A stretch of DNA of 62,252 nucleotides, filler included, from Rhabdomonas costata (GCA_019059605.1; 32 parts of 32 records of this genome joined end to end with filler, not necessarily neighbours in it); one strand, 5' to 3'; positions 47,024 to 61,166 are shown, counted from the whole stretch's first letter. Numbers and translations: made by a program. Notes: generated by a model not told the origin, from the sequence alone.

Positions 47024-47717
47024 CGCAGTGGGGCGTTGTGGAGATGTTGGTCCAGATCCCCGAGCAGTTCTCCTGCCGCAGCGCTGATGTGGAAATGGCG
47101 CTAGCCGTGGCGGCGGCGCTGACATAGCGGACCAGAGTGGTGTTCTGGTCCAGCGCCGGGCCCAACATCCATTGCCCCATGTTGTGGAAGAGGTAGGTCC
47201 CCTCCGCGCTCTGGTAGAACGGGTAGCCCAGGTAGCTCCCCAGGAATGTGTAGGTACCCTGCAGCGAGGCCTGGCAGGTGAGGTTGCCGATCTCCACGTT
47301 GCACACTGAAGCAGACAAAAAGTAGAACCCAGACTCGGGCAGGCGGGAACAGAAGAAAGCCAATTGGAGATCCACATACCATCGGCACCCTGTTGAGGTC
47401 CTTCCAACGACACCCAAGGACACGGAACGATGCGGGCTGTAATCACAACAATCATATTTTCGAGAATGGCCAATTTCACAAGATTGCATATGCACGTCCG
47501 TGTGCTTGTGTTTGTGTGTGTGGCTGTGGCTGTAACTGTGTGTATGTGAGCGTCGCACCTGTGATGCAGCACTCCGCGAAGGTGCACTTCGTCGTAGCGC
47601 AGTACACCGTACCAGTGTGGTTCATAAGGTTCAGGGAAATTGGGCAGTCCACCGTAGCGCACGACGCAACTATTGGCAGGAAAGGCACGTGCACCCACAC
47701 CAAATGTGTTGAAAGAC
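47024..47717 (-). CDS. Cysteine-rich extracellular protein, exons 47717-47559 and 47305-47024
   Basis: SCATVDCP...YCATTKCTFAECC and LQGTYTFLGSYLGYPFYQS...YLFHNMGQWMLGP; symmetric phase-1 exons; N-glycosylation sites. Confidence 0.6.
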
Positions 47718-49024
47718 CTGCCCGAAACAAACAAAACGATGGAGGCCTGGAGGTCCCCGGAGTTCGCCGAGCCTTTGCCTGTTTTTTTTGAAATGTTCCT
47801 TTGGGCAAGTGGTAAATGGCGACAGTACCCCCTCCCTTTGTTTTGCTCCACTTACTCTCTTCCCAATTTCTCTCTCTGCTTCCCTTTTCTCGCCGTTTGA
47901 TACTCTTTGATCTCATTGTTTTCTTTTCAAAAGAAATTCACCCATTCGGCATACATCTTCGCTTCTGTGGAAAGATGTTCGCTTTGTGCTGTCCTGGACA
48001 CTGGACATTATATTGCTGTTTGCGGCATCGGACCTCGAATGCAGTCAATTACATACATTCAAATGCTTTTTCGATCAACCCTTGAGCATTCTTGGAGTGG
48101 TGCAGTCATTTTTCCTGTTGCGAATCCACAAACTCAAGCGCTGACCTCCCCCACATATTTAAGTTTTGATTCTCCGTTTGTCCTGACCACGCGTGCAATC
48201 TTCCCTTACCCAGGACGGGTACGTGGTGCCGAACCCGTGCCTCGGCACTGGCCTCATCTGCCATTATGGGGTTCAATATCATCACTGAGCTTTCACGTAA
48301 AAACACAACGGCAGGCACCGTGTGGAAACGGAGGCCATGCAACCCACAACTACTATGCTGGTGCGACTCGCTGCAAAGACCAAATTTGAGTACCCAGAGC
48401 TGGCGGAAAGATGCATTGCGCATCTAAATGGCCTCAGGAAAGTTTCCATCGTCTGCACAGCATGTGCCAAGTGCATCTGAGTCAGCGAGTAGAAATATTT
48501 CCAAAAAAAAGCGTCTTCGGGGCCACTGTGATGTCACAGGGTGAAGCTGCAAAAGAAGCATGATCGCGTTGGAGATGCGGGTTGCCTTTGTCACAGTGCG
48601 CAAAGGCAACCCCAACNNNNNNNNNNNNNNNNNNNNNNNNNNNNNNNNNNNNNNNNNNNNTTAATTAATTAANNNNNNNNNNNNNNNNNNNNNNNNNNNN
48701 NNNNNNNNNNNNNNNNTGGGGGGGGGGCGACTTCAAAAAGTGCCTCAAGATTCAAAGATTTCAAGCACACAAGTACACAAGCAGCATCCCAGGCTACCAG
48801 GAGTCATGATGACATTGAGGAGTGCGAAGCGAAGATGGACAAGAAGGAACAAAAAAGCGATGGCGGGATGATGAAGTAAAATCCTGGGTGAATGATGGTG
48901 ACAGGGAAAAGAGGAACTCCGAAACCGCACTCGCGTTCCAGCGAGCAGGAAGTGAGACACCCACAGCGAGCACACAGAAAGGAATGACGGGTGGTGATAC
49001 GCTGAATGGTAAGGAAGCGGGTAC

Positions 49025-50564
49025 ACCTCATGGACATCTATCCCTTTATACAAACGGGCACTGACCATCCCGGCTTCCTCTGGAGGATTTAGATAAGACC
49101 CAATTTTTTGTTTTTGCAATTTTTTGCCCACTGAAAGTGCTTCAACAAGACAGTACACAGGTCCCCCACGGCTTACTTTACTCACATTGTGATGAGTTGG
49201 TCTTCCCACGGAAAGAACTAGTTCTCGATGGGGGCCGATGTTTGCAGGAGAGGGAAAACGAGGGAAAAAAGGTCTGACAAATGGTTCTTCTTCCGCAACC
49301 TGTGATGCAGGCTGACGCACGGCGGGATTGTCCTCGTCGTCGGAGCTGTCGTCAACAACAGCTGGGCGAACAGAGGGAGGTGCGGCGGGGCGCTGCCGCG
49401 CAGTGCTATCGCCCCCAGTATCGTCATCGCTGCTGTCCCCGCCTGCCTTCGCTGAGAAAGCCCACGTGTGAACAGGGGTGGGAACAACTGAACTCCGACA
49501 GTCATCATTGGTCAACATATTTGATTTTGTATCTTGAGGGTAATTCCTGCAATTGATGCCTTTCATATTCTTATGAGCCACAGCTTTCGCTTGCGACTCG
49601 AAGAACGCAAGATCATGCATTAAAACCACTCTTAGCTGTTAAATCCTTGTTCACCTGTCCCTGTCCCCTTTCCGCACACAGTCCTGATTTTATTCTCGTG
49701 CTTGAGGCGCACCACTCTCCGCGTCTGAGCTCTCACTGCACCTAAATCTTGGCATCCACCCAAGCCCTACAGCGTTGCTGTGGGTGTGAGTTAACTGGAG
49801 TTTCGTAACGAGCTGTTCTGAACAAAATGGAACAAAGGACAGCATTTGCTGCCGAATTCAAGCAAGGTCCACACGAAGCTCACATGACCCACATCGAAAA
49901 AGAAATTGCGGGAACCTTGCTGCGGAGGAGCCCTTGAATGGCTCCCTCCAGGGGCAGCGTTTTCTTCGCTATCCTCAGAGTCACCGCTCTGGGCTGGACG
50001 AGGGGCAGGATCCTTCCCTTTGGCCGCTCGCCTGCTCTGCCCTTCTCCTTCACTCTCACTGCTGGTCTCTCCTGTGTGGGGTCGGCTGCCAGAGGAAGCA
50101 CCAGCGCTGAAAGAGCCTCGAATCGGAGGCAGTGAAGAGGAAGAGTCCCCACCGTGATTGCTGGGTTCGCTTCCCTTCAGTTTAGAGTCTTTCGCCTTCG
50201 CCTTTGCCTTTACCTCATCCTGCTGCTGCTGTTGTTGCCGTTGCTGAGCTGCTGCAAGCTTTTCGGCCTTCTTCCGCTGGCGGGCCTGCCGACGAGCATC
50301 CTGAGAAGCTTTCACGGAACCCCAAAACTTGGCCCAGAAGCTTCGGCCTTTGGCGGGCTGCACAGCAACAACAGGGCCAGATCCAGAAGCAGCAGCCCGC
50401 GCTGATCCAGATCCTTCCGTGTTTATCACTCTGCTTCCAGCCGGTGGGCCCGCTTGTGAGGCACCCAAAGTCACACCCGAGCCCGAAGGAAAAGGCGGGC
50501 CACCAGCCGAGAAAGAAGGCTGGCCCAGGAAGGCTTTGCCTGCACTTCCATTGGGGGCAGGTGG
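49025..50564 (-). CDS. Low-complexity / disordered hypothetical protein, several exons (partial)
   Basis: Long open frame from ~49916 to 50564 (S/E/Q/K-rich, SFWAKFWG), plus a D/S-rich exon at ~49300-49445 (GGDSSDDD...VVDDSSDDED) with GT donors. Confidence 0.5.
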
Positions 50565-50849
50565 NNNNNNNNNNNNNNNNNNNNNNNNNNNNNNNNNNNN
50601 NNNNNNNNTTAATTAATTAANNNNNNNNNNNNNNNNNNNNNNNNNNNNNNNNNNNNNNNNNNNNGTTTTTTGGATCTGCAGCGATCGCAATACGTCCTGT
50701 GACATGGAACCCTTCTTTGGCGAGCGAGCCGTGCAAAGGGTGCCCCAAAAAGTCGCTTGCAACCTCCTCTTCAGCAACCGAGCAACTTCAGCGACTTCTG
50801 TTGCCGCAAAACTCCCCACAGCGAACTTTACACGGACAGGGAGGGATAC

Positions 50850-51762
50850 CTCCTCATAGCTCGCAGTTAGCCGATCGAGCGCAAGCCTAGGGACGACGCG
50901 CCAGGCATTCAGGACCATCTCGTCGGGGTCGGGGGGAATTCCTAGCAAAAAAATAGCACAAATAAGGAAAGATTGTTCCGAGTGTCCGTGTACCACAATG
51001 GTGTAACCACCTCTTTGGTTCCTGCTACAGCAGATCGCCACCTTGGGGTAGTCCTCCGCAATTAGAAAAGCGACAGCCAGCCAGCTAAATTCCGTTCCAT
51101 CTTTCCAACTGCTTTTCACCGGAGCACAAGGGGATCCTGCACCACGCATTCAGAACGGTGTCGTCCGCAGGGATTCCTGAAAACCCGACTGCTGAATGCC
51201 AAACGGGCAGTGCTTGCTTCATCACTCGATTCCCCGTCTTCACTCTTGTGTCTTTTGGTTGGAAGGTCATCAAGTCATGGCAACCAACTCGAAACGGTTC
51301 CTGCCGGGACAATATACCCTTCCTAATAAATTCAGGAAGAATCAATCAACCAAACAACTTCAACTGATTGGTTTGTCGCCGACTTTGGGTGTCCCCCGCT
51401 CTCACGGTTCCGGCTAACCGTCGCCTCTCAGGTAAACAGATTGCAAAGGGAAAGTGCACAAGCAAACTTCAACCAAACAAACCTTCACTGGGAGATTCTA
51501 GCGCCGGAGTCACTGCCGCCAGCTTCCCGGCGCATGTTCCTTCGCGGGCATTGAAGCAGCTGTTAGAGGTGCACGGTGGTAGCGGGGGCAATATCAGGGG
51601 GTAGCGGGGTGAGGCCGCGGAGGGCAGGCGGTACAGGGGCTCGAAGACCGCAAGCACCTCGGTCTTTCCAGGAACAGTAATGCTTCCGATCCTCCGGAAC
51701 GCGAAATCGTCGTGCAGCTCGGACTGCGTAGACTCCGACACCAACGCCACCGTACCGAAAGG
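50850..51762 (-). CDS. Class III adenylate/guanylate cyclase, end of catalytic domain and C-terminal exons (51762-51483, 51176-51120, 50941-50850)
   Basis: PFGTVALVSESTQSELHDDFAFRRIGSITVPGKTEVLAVFE matches the cyclase C-terminal consensus (YGT-ILISE-T...F--R-L--V-VKGK...IYE). Confidence 0.8.
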
Positions 51763-53122
51763 CTGTGAGAGAGAAAAAGGAAACTGAGAAGGGCACCTTG
51801 ATATGGGTGAGAAAGAAATGGAAAACCTTTCACGACAACTTTTGAGGAATACAATCGTCTGCGTGGTCAAGAAGTCGTACCAAGCCAGTGCAAGAGCGGG
51901 TACTGTCGCTACCCCTTATCGAACCAAAACCAGAATTACGGTAAAGATGGATGGTAGCCTAGTGGTGATGCCCTACATCCTTATGAATGTTGTTGTTGGT
52001 ACTATGACGTCAACATTGCTACACTTTGGCGTGATGCAACAGGGATTGAGGCATTGGTAGCAGATGTCACTCCACCACCACGGCATCAACCACAGGGCAT
52101 AGGAACCTGAGGCCTTGAGTGAGAATGCCAATATCCAATACACATAGTCATACCCATAATATCCATAGTCATACCCATATGCCTGATACCCTAGTGAGAA
52201 TGTTGTCATAAGATTGTTTTTACATTCTCACTGCTCCGATAACGAATGCCCTATTACGAGCATTCCTTTTCAGGCCGTGCGTTGCTCGAAACTGGTTTCC
52301 AATTCGATTCCGAATTCTCAGGCCCACACCATTTTGGGCCTTGCCATCACAGCTGAAGTAAGACCTGCCGCGGCCATGGCCATCTTTTTTATTGATGGAA
52401 TCACTACCCTTAGCATACCTTGTTGGTGGCCTCCAGGCGGCTGGCCAGGTTGACACCATCACCAAGCACGGTGTAGTTGATGCGATGCTCGCACCCGAAG
52501 TTCCCCACCACANNNNNNNNNNNNNNNNNNNNNNNNNNNNNNNNNNNNNNNNNNNNTTAATTAATTAANNNNNNNNNNNNNNNNNNNNNNNNNNNNNNNN
52601 NNNNNNNNNNNNATTGTGAACCGCTGGGGACGCGCGGCAAAGAGCTATACTGTGACATCTGGGCTGTTGTTAAGGCACTGACAAGGCCATTGGTGTGCAT
52701 CATTAACAACGGAACCCATCTCATTTTACAGCCCATAAATGGCTGACGGCTACCACGGCAGTTGTTAGGACATAGGCATACAATGGCATTCATGCGGACA
52801 ATAATAAGACGCAGGTGCATCGTCATGCCAGCTCCAATTTGCCCTCGGGCGAGAGGACAACCCCCGAACCCTTCCACGACTTGAAGTATATGTATGCCGG
52901 AGTCGAAAGTGCGGAGCATTTGAAATTTGTTGTTTTGCGGCTGCGAGAGGATGCAGTTGGAAGTTAGAAAAGAGGCTTGCAGTTTCACCTTCAGCGGTTG
53001 AGCAGTTGAGATGGGGGAGGTTGAACAAAATTCTGAACTTAGCAAAGAAATGCTCGGTGCTTGTCAGCGGATTTTAACAATAATTTTCCTTTGGGGGTAC
53101 GTTGGGTTCGTCTTTCTCTCAG

Positions 53123-54238
53123 GAGCTGCTTCACCGCGGCAGGGACAAAAACGCGATCTTCCACGTGGCCAATCGAATGGAATACGTCCGACCGATGTTT
53201 GATGTCTGCTGGAGTGCTATGCTCGCCTCCTTCGCTGGCATGGTCGAGCATTACGACGTATGTGTCGTCTGTCTTTTTGGGTGCACCGAGCTGCATTGGT
53301 TTTCATCATCAAAAATTGGAACGAAGCACAGGATACCCCCTTGTCATCAATGGCATTAATGTGAAACTTTCATGTGAACCTTTCTCTCGTTATATTGCAA
53401 GAAGATCAGAGGCGTGTAGTCACAACATGGCTGTGGAAGCCTACGGGTAGTCATTTCCGAGGTTTGCTTTGACGGTGCAAGGAAAGGCTGCCCGATCAAG
53501 ACCCACACGTATGTGTGTTTATGTGTGTTTGGCTTTGATTACCTGAACACCTTGCCTGCCTGCCTTGCCTGGGATGCAGGCGGACGAGACCGTGGAGGTG
53601 TGCCTGCAGGGGTTCGAGGCGAGCATCCACATCTGCTGCTTGTTCTCCATGGATACGTATCGTGGTATGGGCTTCCCCACGTTGCACTTTCCACTTCTCC
53701 GTCGCTGAAAGTCGCACTGGTTTCCTTCAATTGTGGTGCGGACCTTCATCGGCTCGCCCGTTATATGCACACCCACACCCACTTATTCGAAGGTGCAAGC
53801 AGGTTGAAGACGAGAAGTCTTAAATGTGTATAGTCTTAGAAAGGAAGGCTTGTTTCGACAGGCGGGGAAAGAGACAGTTCCCATGGACCCAGTGCACTCG
53901 ATAAAGGCCGGCAAAGTGTGGAAAAGCTATCCTTGATGAGCGCCTATGGCTAGGTTCACATATTGGTGACCTCCTCCTGGCTGTGGTGTGTGCCATGGAG
54001 CTCTGGCATGCGTGGATGCGACCTCTCCCTCGACGATTACCGCGACTCCAATCGTAGCAGTTGTCGTGGTTGATGCGGCAATTTCCGTTTTGCAACAGAC
54101 GCTTTCATCACTTCGCTGGCGAAGCTGACCTTCCTGAACACCCTGCGGGAGATGAAGCCCAAGAACATCCGCAGCATCAAGCTGTTGCTGGAGGTGGCGC
54201 ACAAGGAGGCGGACGACCTAAAAACCTCCTGGCGCGAG
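53123..54238 (+). CDS. BIG/Sec7-family ARF-GEF, post-Sec7 (HDS1) region; exons 53123-53257, 53580-53664, 54099-54238
   Basis: YVRPMFDVCWSAMLASF...|VCLQGFEASIHICCLFSMDTYR|DAFITSLAKLTFL...EMKPKNIRSIKLLLEVAHKEADDLKTSWRE. Confidence 0.93.
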
Positions 54239-57200
54239 GTATACGTCCCGCTCCCGCTGGGTCGTCCCCGATCTTCACCCGATAAATGGTTCTTGAACCC
54301 TCAGTGCTGGTTCTCAGTGGGAATGGTAGGGGTGATCATGGCTTTATCCTGTGAGGTAATTTGACGCATGCTAGAATTGCACAGGTGGACGAGAAAACGT
54401 GCTTGACATCAGCATGTTTGTTGTTTATCGGTTGTGCGTGTATTGCACGGGAGCAAAACANNNNNNNNNNNNNNNNNNNNNNNNNNNNNNNNNNNNNNNN
54501 NNNNTTAATTAATTAANNNNNNNNNNNNNNNNNNNNNNNNNNNNNNNNNNNNNNNNNNNNTTGTTTTGTAATGCAATGGTTGCGGTTCCAGCCATTTATT
54601 TTTCTCTCCTGCAAAGGCTTAAAACCATAAAAAGAAAATCATCCATGAAACAACAAACCTGCATGCACTTCAAGCAACGTGGCGGCATGAGAGGTTCCCA
54701 AGACGTCAAAAAGTTTGGATAAAAAATTGTAAGTTTAAGAAAATTTTGGAAGGTGTAAGTAATTTAACTGATGTAAGCTCTGTACTCGCGTCTGTGGACA
54801 TGCTTCATCATGCGAAACCACAAGCTTGGTGGCTGACCTTGCCCGTTGGGTGGCCCGACTTAGAGCGGCCCTCGACGAGTTAAATGGGGATTAATGAGCT
54901 CAAACTTTCGCCTTCTCTACATGTGAGGATGCTGCTCATATCAAAGTCTTGGGTTGAGCAATGAAGTCAGTCTTTCGAGACTCTGCTTCCCAACTTGCCC
55001 ATGTGCAGGCTTCGTAGGAGAGAGAGAGCAGCGATGAGAAGGGGAAGAGAGGGATTCGCAAACTTGAGGAAGGGATTCCATCATATCCATGCACCCCTTC
55101 GCAAGGGGGTGCGTGGAGACCCGGGCAAAAAGAGAACCCAAAACCTTGGAGCAGCTGCCGGGAGCTACCAGGGAAAAGGATGGCCTGCCTGAAAAATACC
55201 GAGAAATGGATGGGGCAAAAGCTGACCAATTTGAGGAGCTAAACTTCCTGAACTGAAGGAGTCCTCCCGGTGTAATGTAGCGAATATCACGCGAAGAAAA
55301 TCTGGACCCCACTTGCTTTGATCACAGTTTAGTGAACGTTCCTCATGAACCATTAAAGACTATGTCGAATATCGATTCCTGTTGGGTGCTGCCAATTCTT
55401 GGGATCAGCGGGTGGGCGTTAAGTTCATAAAATTGGGGGGCCATTCTGAGGTGAAAGATAGCTGCTCTTTTGGATGGGCTGATTCTTTCGCTATCCTTCA
55501 ACCCAAGTGAGCTAATTGCCTTCATGAAGATTAATCATAGATGGGACTGTTCTTCCGAACCGCTCCTTGGTGTCGCGCCCCAATCGCCACTTCCCAACCT
55601 GCAGCAAAGTCCCGGGATGAAGAATCACTCAACGTGTACGGACATGCAACAGCGCAGTGATATGGGCGTCCGCCGAGAAACGGAAAAAAAAAGGCGGTAG
55701 TCGCTTGCGAGGAAGGTTAACACAGACAGTTCCGCAATCTTTTGTACAGCCACAGAGACGGAAACAAAAGACACAACGGAAACAACAATGCCACGGAAGA
55801 CGTCCAAAGACAAGGACACCACAAGACGATCTTCCCCTGCTAACCGAGTATTCTCCGTTCCCTCGTCAAAGGCGCAAAACTTGGCTTCACTGACATTCAT
55901 GAAGGGTACTTGTTCTATTGTCCGCATTATCACCTCACTCACCAGAAGCGTTTTCGGACTAGCTCGAAGCTAAAACGGGTGGGAAAAACAGTTAGCATCG
56001 TGTTAACATGAGAGAGCATCTTGTTCCGCGATTGACACCTCAATGGAATGCTACTGGTAAATGTAGGAAACATCGTGAAAGGTGGTCAAGAATAAAAGTG
56101 ATGTTTGCCGTGCGACGCACTTTATCCGTGAGTTTGTGTCGCTCAATATCGTTCGTTTCCTTGCCAGCCCCCGAGACATCACTGATGGGTGTGTACAATT
56201 CACTAAAAACAAGACAAAACTCGAAATCAAAAGGGGCTTGAAGTGGACAATAATTCCGCAACTCGATGCTCCCTTTTCCGACTGGTCAATATATAGGCCA
56301 GCGAGGCGCAGGTCCCGACGGGGCAATCTGCCATAAAGGTTTCGGACTCCATATTCACTGTATGGGGGGACTCGAGCAGAATTTGGTGTGAAAAATGCCC
56401 TCAAAGCNNNNNNNNNNNNNNNNNNNNNNNNNNNNNNNNNNNNNNNNNNNNTTAATTAATTAANNNNNNNNNNNNNNNNNNNNNNNNNNNNNNNNNNNNN
56501 NNNNNNNGTGTTTGTGTTGTTAATCTCTTTTCCGCAAGTCCACCAATTTTCGGTCTTTGTTTTTGTCTGCGGTTGGTTTCGAGTCGTTTTTTGTCTGTGT
56601 AAGACCAACGGCGTTCTTTCTGAATCAACTTTTTTTTAGCGCGCTTCAGAAAATTTTGCGTGTTTCTTAAGCTTCGAATTTGTTTCGGGCATGCGTTTTT
56701 CTTTTGCGCGTACACGAACGAGTGCGCAAGTGCACCCACGTCTCAGTCCAGGGGTGCTTGCGTGCAGGTGACTGTGCGTGTGCGCCCGCTGTGGTTAGCA
56801 TTCTCATCGCCTTGCCCTTTTTAGTTTGCGAGATTGTAAACAGAGTTCGGTGGACAGTGGATGCCAGCACTGCTTCCGCCAGGAGCTGGAACTCGCTCTG
56901 CTGACTGAAACCCAGCCATTCTCGAAATTTTGGGTGCGCTACTTGGTTCTGTCTCCTCCGTATCTGTCCTTTCCTCGAACATCGTCACGCCTTTTGTCAC
57001 GGACGGGGTCGGCGACCACCCGTTTCCCGTGGGACATACACCCAACTTTTTTCTTTGGGGGGGGGGGAAGTGGGTGGCGGTTCCTCGTTTCCTCTTTTCT
57101 GTGGCTTACTCTGTGGTTGGATGGTTTCTTAGAGTGAGTGAGTATGAAGTGTAGGCGTGGGAAGGGGTTGGAGACCACCCCTTTCCTTGCCGGTGCTCAA

Positions 57201-59605
57201 CCGCTCAAGCTTGTTTCCCTTTCATGTTTACCGTTTTTTCTCGGTTTCCCTCTCCACCGGGTCTTCGTTTTTAGTGCTCCATGTCCTTCTGCTGTGCACT
57301 GGGAATCGAGCGTACTGCCGGCTACAGGGCACTTCTTTTCCAGAAGCGAACCTTTTATGTGGTTCTTTTTCATCGCAGTCAATCTTTTTGTCTCACCTCT
57401 GTTCAGTTGAAGGATCTTTTCTCTGCCACCTTATTTTCAGCTCGAGCTCCTTTTGCACCACCGCCCATGCATCAGTTTGTTTGTTGTGTTAGCTTTTGAT
57501 TTTTTACAGTTCTTTCTCTTATCGCTGTTCTGGTGGTCCTTCGTGGTGGGCCTCGAATATCCTCTTCAGCCGGGCTGCGGCCCCCCACCAATCGTCGGGG
57601 GGGTGTCATCGGAAATGGGGGGGAGGTAGGCCCATTTATTTCCGCCCAAAACGTCGCCCTATTCATTCTTTGACATGCGCCATGGCTACCTCCAACCTGG
57701 GCTGGACCTTACCAGACCGTTCCGGAGACCTAACCTTGAGCTTAAAACTCTAGCTTGACGGGTTGGGCTCATATTTGGTGGTATCGTAGTGGTAGTACTC
57801 CTGAGATGAGTTTGCTGGCCGTTTTCCGCGTCCTTGTGTATGCCGAGATATGACCCATCAAGGTCCCGTTTTCGACCTTTTCGAAAAATTCAAGGGCCTT
57901 TTATGGACCTGTACAAGCCTGCACACCTGAGTCCAAGCCCGGGCCTGCTTAGTATCCCTGAGGATTGGGAGTGCTTCATTCTGGCACCACTTCATATTTG
58001 TTTAGCACACGGCTTGAAGGACCTGCATAATAAGGGGTAGAGAGGAGCCCACACCTAATGATTTGTTGTTGCCTTGACCTGTGCGTGCGACTTATAAAGC
58101 AGTAATAAGTTCAAGAGGCGGGGGACGACGAAGAGACGACGAAGCATTGGTGGAATGCTCCCCGGTGCGCTCAGGGCCGACAGCCAAGATTTTTTTTTTA
58201 CCGCTTGTTTATTCTAATCGTAAATTCGATGCCAGAAAAGCGGGGTTAGACTCTAAATCAGGATTCCGAGCCGATTTCTTTGTTTGACAGTGTCCCTTTG
58301 TACTTTACACACAACCCAATATGGATTTCCTCGAATTACCGGCTTAGGCCCAGTNNNNNNNNNNNNNNNNNNNNNNNNNNNNNNNNNNNNNNNNNNNNTT
58401 AATTAATTAANNNNNNNNNNNNNNNNNNNNNNNNNNNNNNNNNNNNNNNNNNNNGGTTGGTGAGATCCAGTGAGATTGTCAATTGCCTCAGTCAACTGGG
58501 ATATAAGTGAAAAAAGACGAAGTGGCGGAAGGGCGGTCTCTGTTGCTTTTGTCATTTATGCTGTAGACTTACCCGCCCATGTGCGGGCCTCTGGTTTGGA
58601 TTGTAGCGTTTTGTTGATAGTGCGATATGCGCCCGCCAACACCCACTCGCGGCTTTCATACCTGGCAGTGTTGGGTGGGGTTCTCTACTCCAAAGAGCTG
58701 TGCTACTGCACTTCGCTGTGCGGTGCACTGGCGTCTTTCTCTCCCAAGTGCTCTTGGGTGCGATGCTCAAACCTCTCTGCCCATGTTGCTTCGATTCTTC
58801 TTGATGGTATTCAGAGGGGCGTGGGCTCTCTGGAAGGCCCGCTCTTCTGCCCCCCCAAATTTAGGAGGTGCGATCTTCGTCTTTCTCCCAGAATGGGCGG
58901 TCGCGTGTCGTGCGTTTCGAAGGGCTTGCTCCGAAGGATTAGAATATTGGTACTTCCTCTCGAGCAGTACCGAGGGCCTGCGTTTCCACCTGATGTGTTT
59001 TGTTGCCCTTCCTTACCCTCTCCGCCCGCTGCTCTCGACTCAAAACTCTTAGGCATTGTTGTTTCTTTTTGCAGTGGTGGTGTGGGTAATACAGAGGCTA
59101 TTCGAAAACCCCACAATGACAGATGGGCACTGACGAGCTGGCTTGCCCTGCGTAACGGCTCTCTGGTAAAGGTCTCCCGATCCTCAGCACCACTGTCAGT
59201 CCCCCTGTCTCGTCTGGTTTTCGCGTTCATTTTGTTAGATCTTCGGTCCCTCCCTACTTCTGTACATATCTGTGGACCTGTGCATGAGATCGTCTGCCCT
59301 ACTTGCCGGGAACGGCAGTTTTCTTGGAATCTTGGCGTTCCTCCGACCCCCTGCTCAGTGTTTGCATATGAGACCCCTTGTGGGGTCTCTTGTCAGATTG
59401 GCAGCGGTGTGCTTTTCGAACTGTGTTTCCGTTTGGCCCTTGTTGTTTGACATGGCGGTAGTGCGTTGCTTTTGGGAAGTCCTTTTGGGGGGGGGGGGTA
59501 TGGTCCGAGTCTTCTGTTAGCTTCTGTTGAGCGCAGTGCAAAAGTGTCATCCCTCCCCTGTGCTTCCTCAATCAGTGTGAGCCATTCCACTGTCGCTCGT
59601 GTTCA

Positions 59606-59650
59606 GGGAGGTAAATCGTGATTGGGGAGGTAAATCGTGATTGGGGAGGT
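59606..59650. repeat. 19-bp tandem repeat (x2.4) with a dispersed partial copy at 60037-60052
   Basis: Unit GGGAGGTAAATCGTGATTG; CGTGATTGGGGAGGTT recurs at 60037. Confidence 0.9.
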
Positions 59651-60983
59651 TTCTTACCAAAAAACTTTTTTACAGGGCTTTGCGCTATCTTGCTTGTTGC
59701 CCCTGCGGCCTTTTCGGGTTTTTGGGGCGGGGGAGCCTTGCTGCACATAATCGCTGCGCGCCGGTCACCCGGTCACCCTTGGCCGGTATCTGCATCCTTG
59801 CGGGTGGGCAGCCGTGGGGTTGGGGTGCATCCCAACGCCCGAAATAACCAAAGTTTCGTGTGGTGTGCGCGGTGAAAATCTCTCGTGCGGACACAGGCCG
59901 CGCACAAACAAGCAAACAACAATGAAAGTGCAGAAACGTAACAGGAAGCGTTTTGGATCAGGCTTGGTGTGTCCCACAGGACAGCGCCTGGTTGAAACTG
60001 AACCACTGCCTGCACGAAAGGGGATATGAATGGCAGCGTGATTGGGGAGGTTATCCTGCCACTCGTCCTTCCGTCCGCGCGGTTTCATCCAAGAACAAAA
60101 AACTTGTTGAGTCCACTCTTGTCACTCCCGGCCTTCTGACTTGATTACTGCACGTCTGAGACGATGCTCCCCGTTGAGCCCAGGGTCAGACTTCCGCAGT
60201 ACCGGTTATGGATGGGGAAGAATAATCAATAGTGGCTCTCGGGACCTCAATCAACCGTAATTGGAATTCCAGAGGGATTTTGTGTTCATGCTCCACACAA
60301 AANNNNNNNNNNNNNNNNNNNNNNNNNNNNNNNNNNNNNNNNNNNNTTAATTAATTAANNNNNNNNNNNNNNNNNNNNNNNNNNNNNNNNNNNNNNNNNN
60401 NNGCGACCGACGGGGGCCGCCGTCACACACATGGCGCCTTGGCGCGGTGTGCTGTGGCGTGTCCTTGTGCTGCTTGTTCCGCACACCTGTTGGTTTTTTG
60501 GCGCGTTCACGGTGCTGCTGTTCGTGCTGGACGACACGAAGGGCATTGGGGAGAGTGTGCGCCGTGCCCATCCACACACACACACACCGCGCTATGTGCC
60601 CAAAACATAACCCCCGCCGTGCTGTAAGTGCTCCCTAGATTAGTGTTTTTTGATTCTCTCCTCAGAACCAGTGCTGTTTAAGAACTCGGACTAAGGGCAG
60701 CAGCATTTTTGGACGAAGGCCAGAGCCGCAGAGACGTTCAGGAGTAGGAATGTGACCTTTAGAGACCTTCATTAGAGAAAATTTGGTTAAGATTAATGTT
60801 ACCACGGGTTACCTTCGCTAGTGGACCGCTTCCATCATCACTTACTCCCTCCCCTGCATACAGCTCTGAAGAAACTCCGAATAGGTCAAAAACATCTCGG
60901 ATACTCTCCTTGGTACTCATTCAGCAGGAAGCATCGCAACCCAACCACAGGGGATGAGCGATGAGCCAGACCCACCCGGCTGA

Positions 60984-61166
<183 letters not shown>

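Noticed and set aside
51973-52209. Tyr/Gly-rich ORF (YGYDYGYYGYDY)
   Set aside because: Produced by a short direct repeat (CATAGTCATACCCATA x2) in intronic sequence upstream of the cyclase exon.
55260-56407. Protein-like stretches interrupted by stops (possible alternative genetic code or decayed element)
   Set aside because: No recognisable domain; stops are of mixed types and frames, and other genes in the window use TGA/TAA as normal stops.
58470-59450. 326-aa plus-strand ORF
   Set aside because: No recognisable motif; the Leu/Ser/Cys/Val-rich composition is typical of an antisense shadow.
1850-60402. Regularly spaced TTAATTAATTAA motif
   Set aside because: Artificial linker embedded in N-runs; ORFs ending in X...LIN are artefacts.
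60431-60555. Hydrophobic mini-ORF MAPWRGVLW...
   Set aside because: Probably lies in the RPS18 intron; GT-rich composition explains the hydrophobicity.
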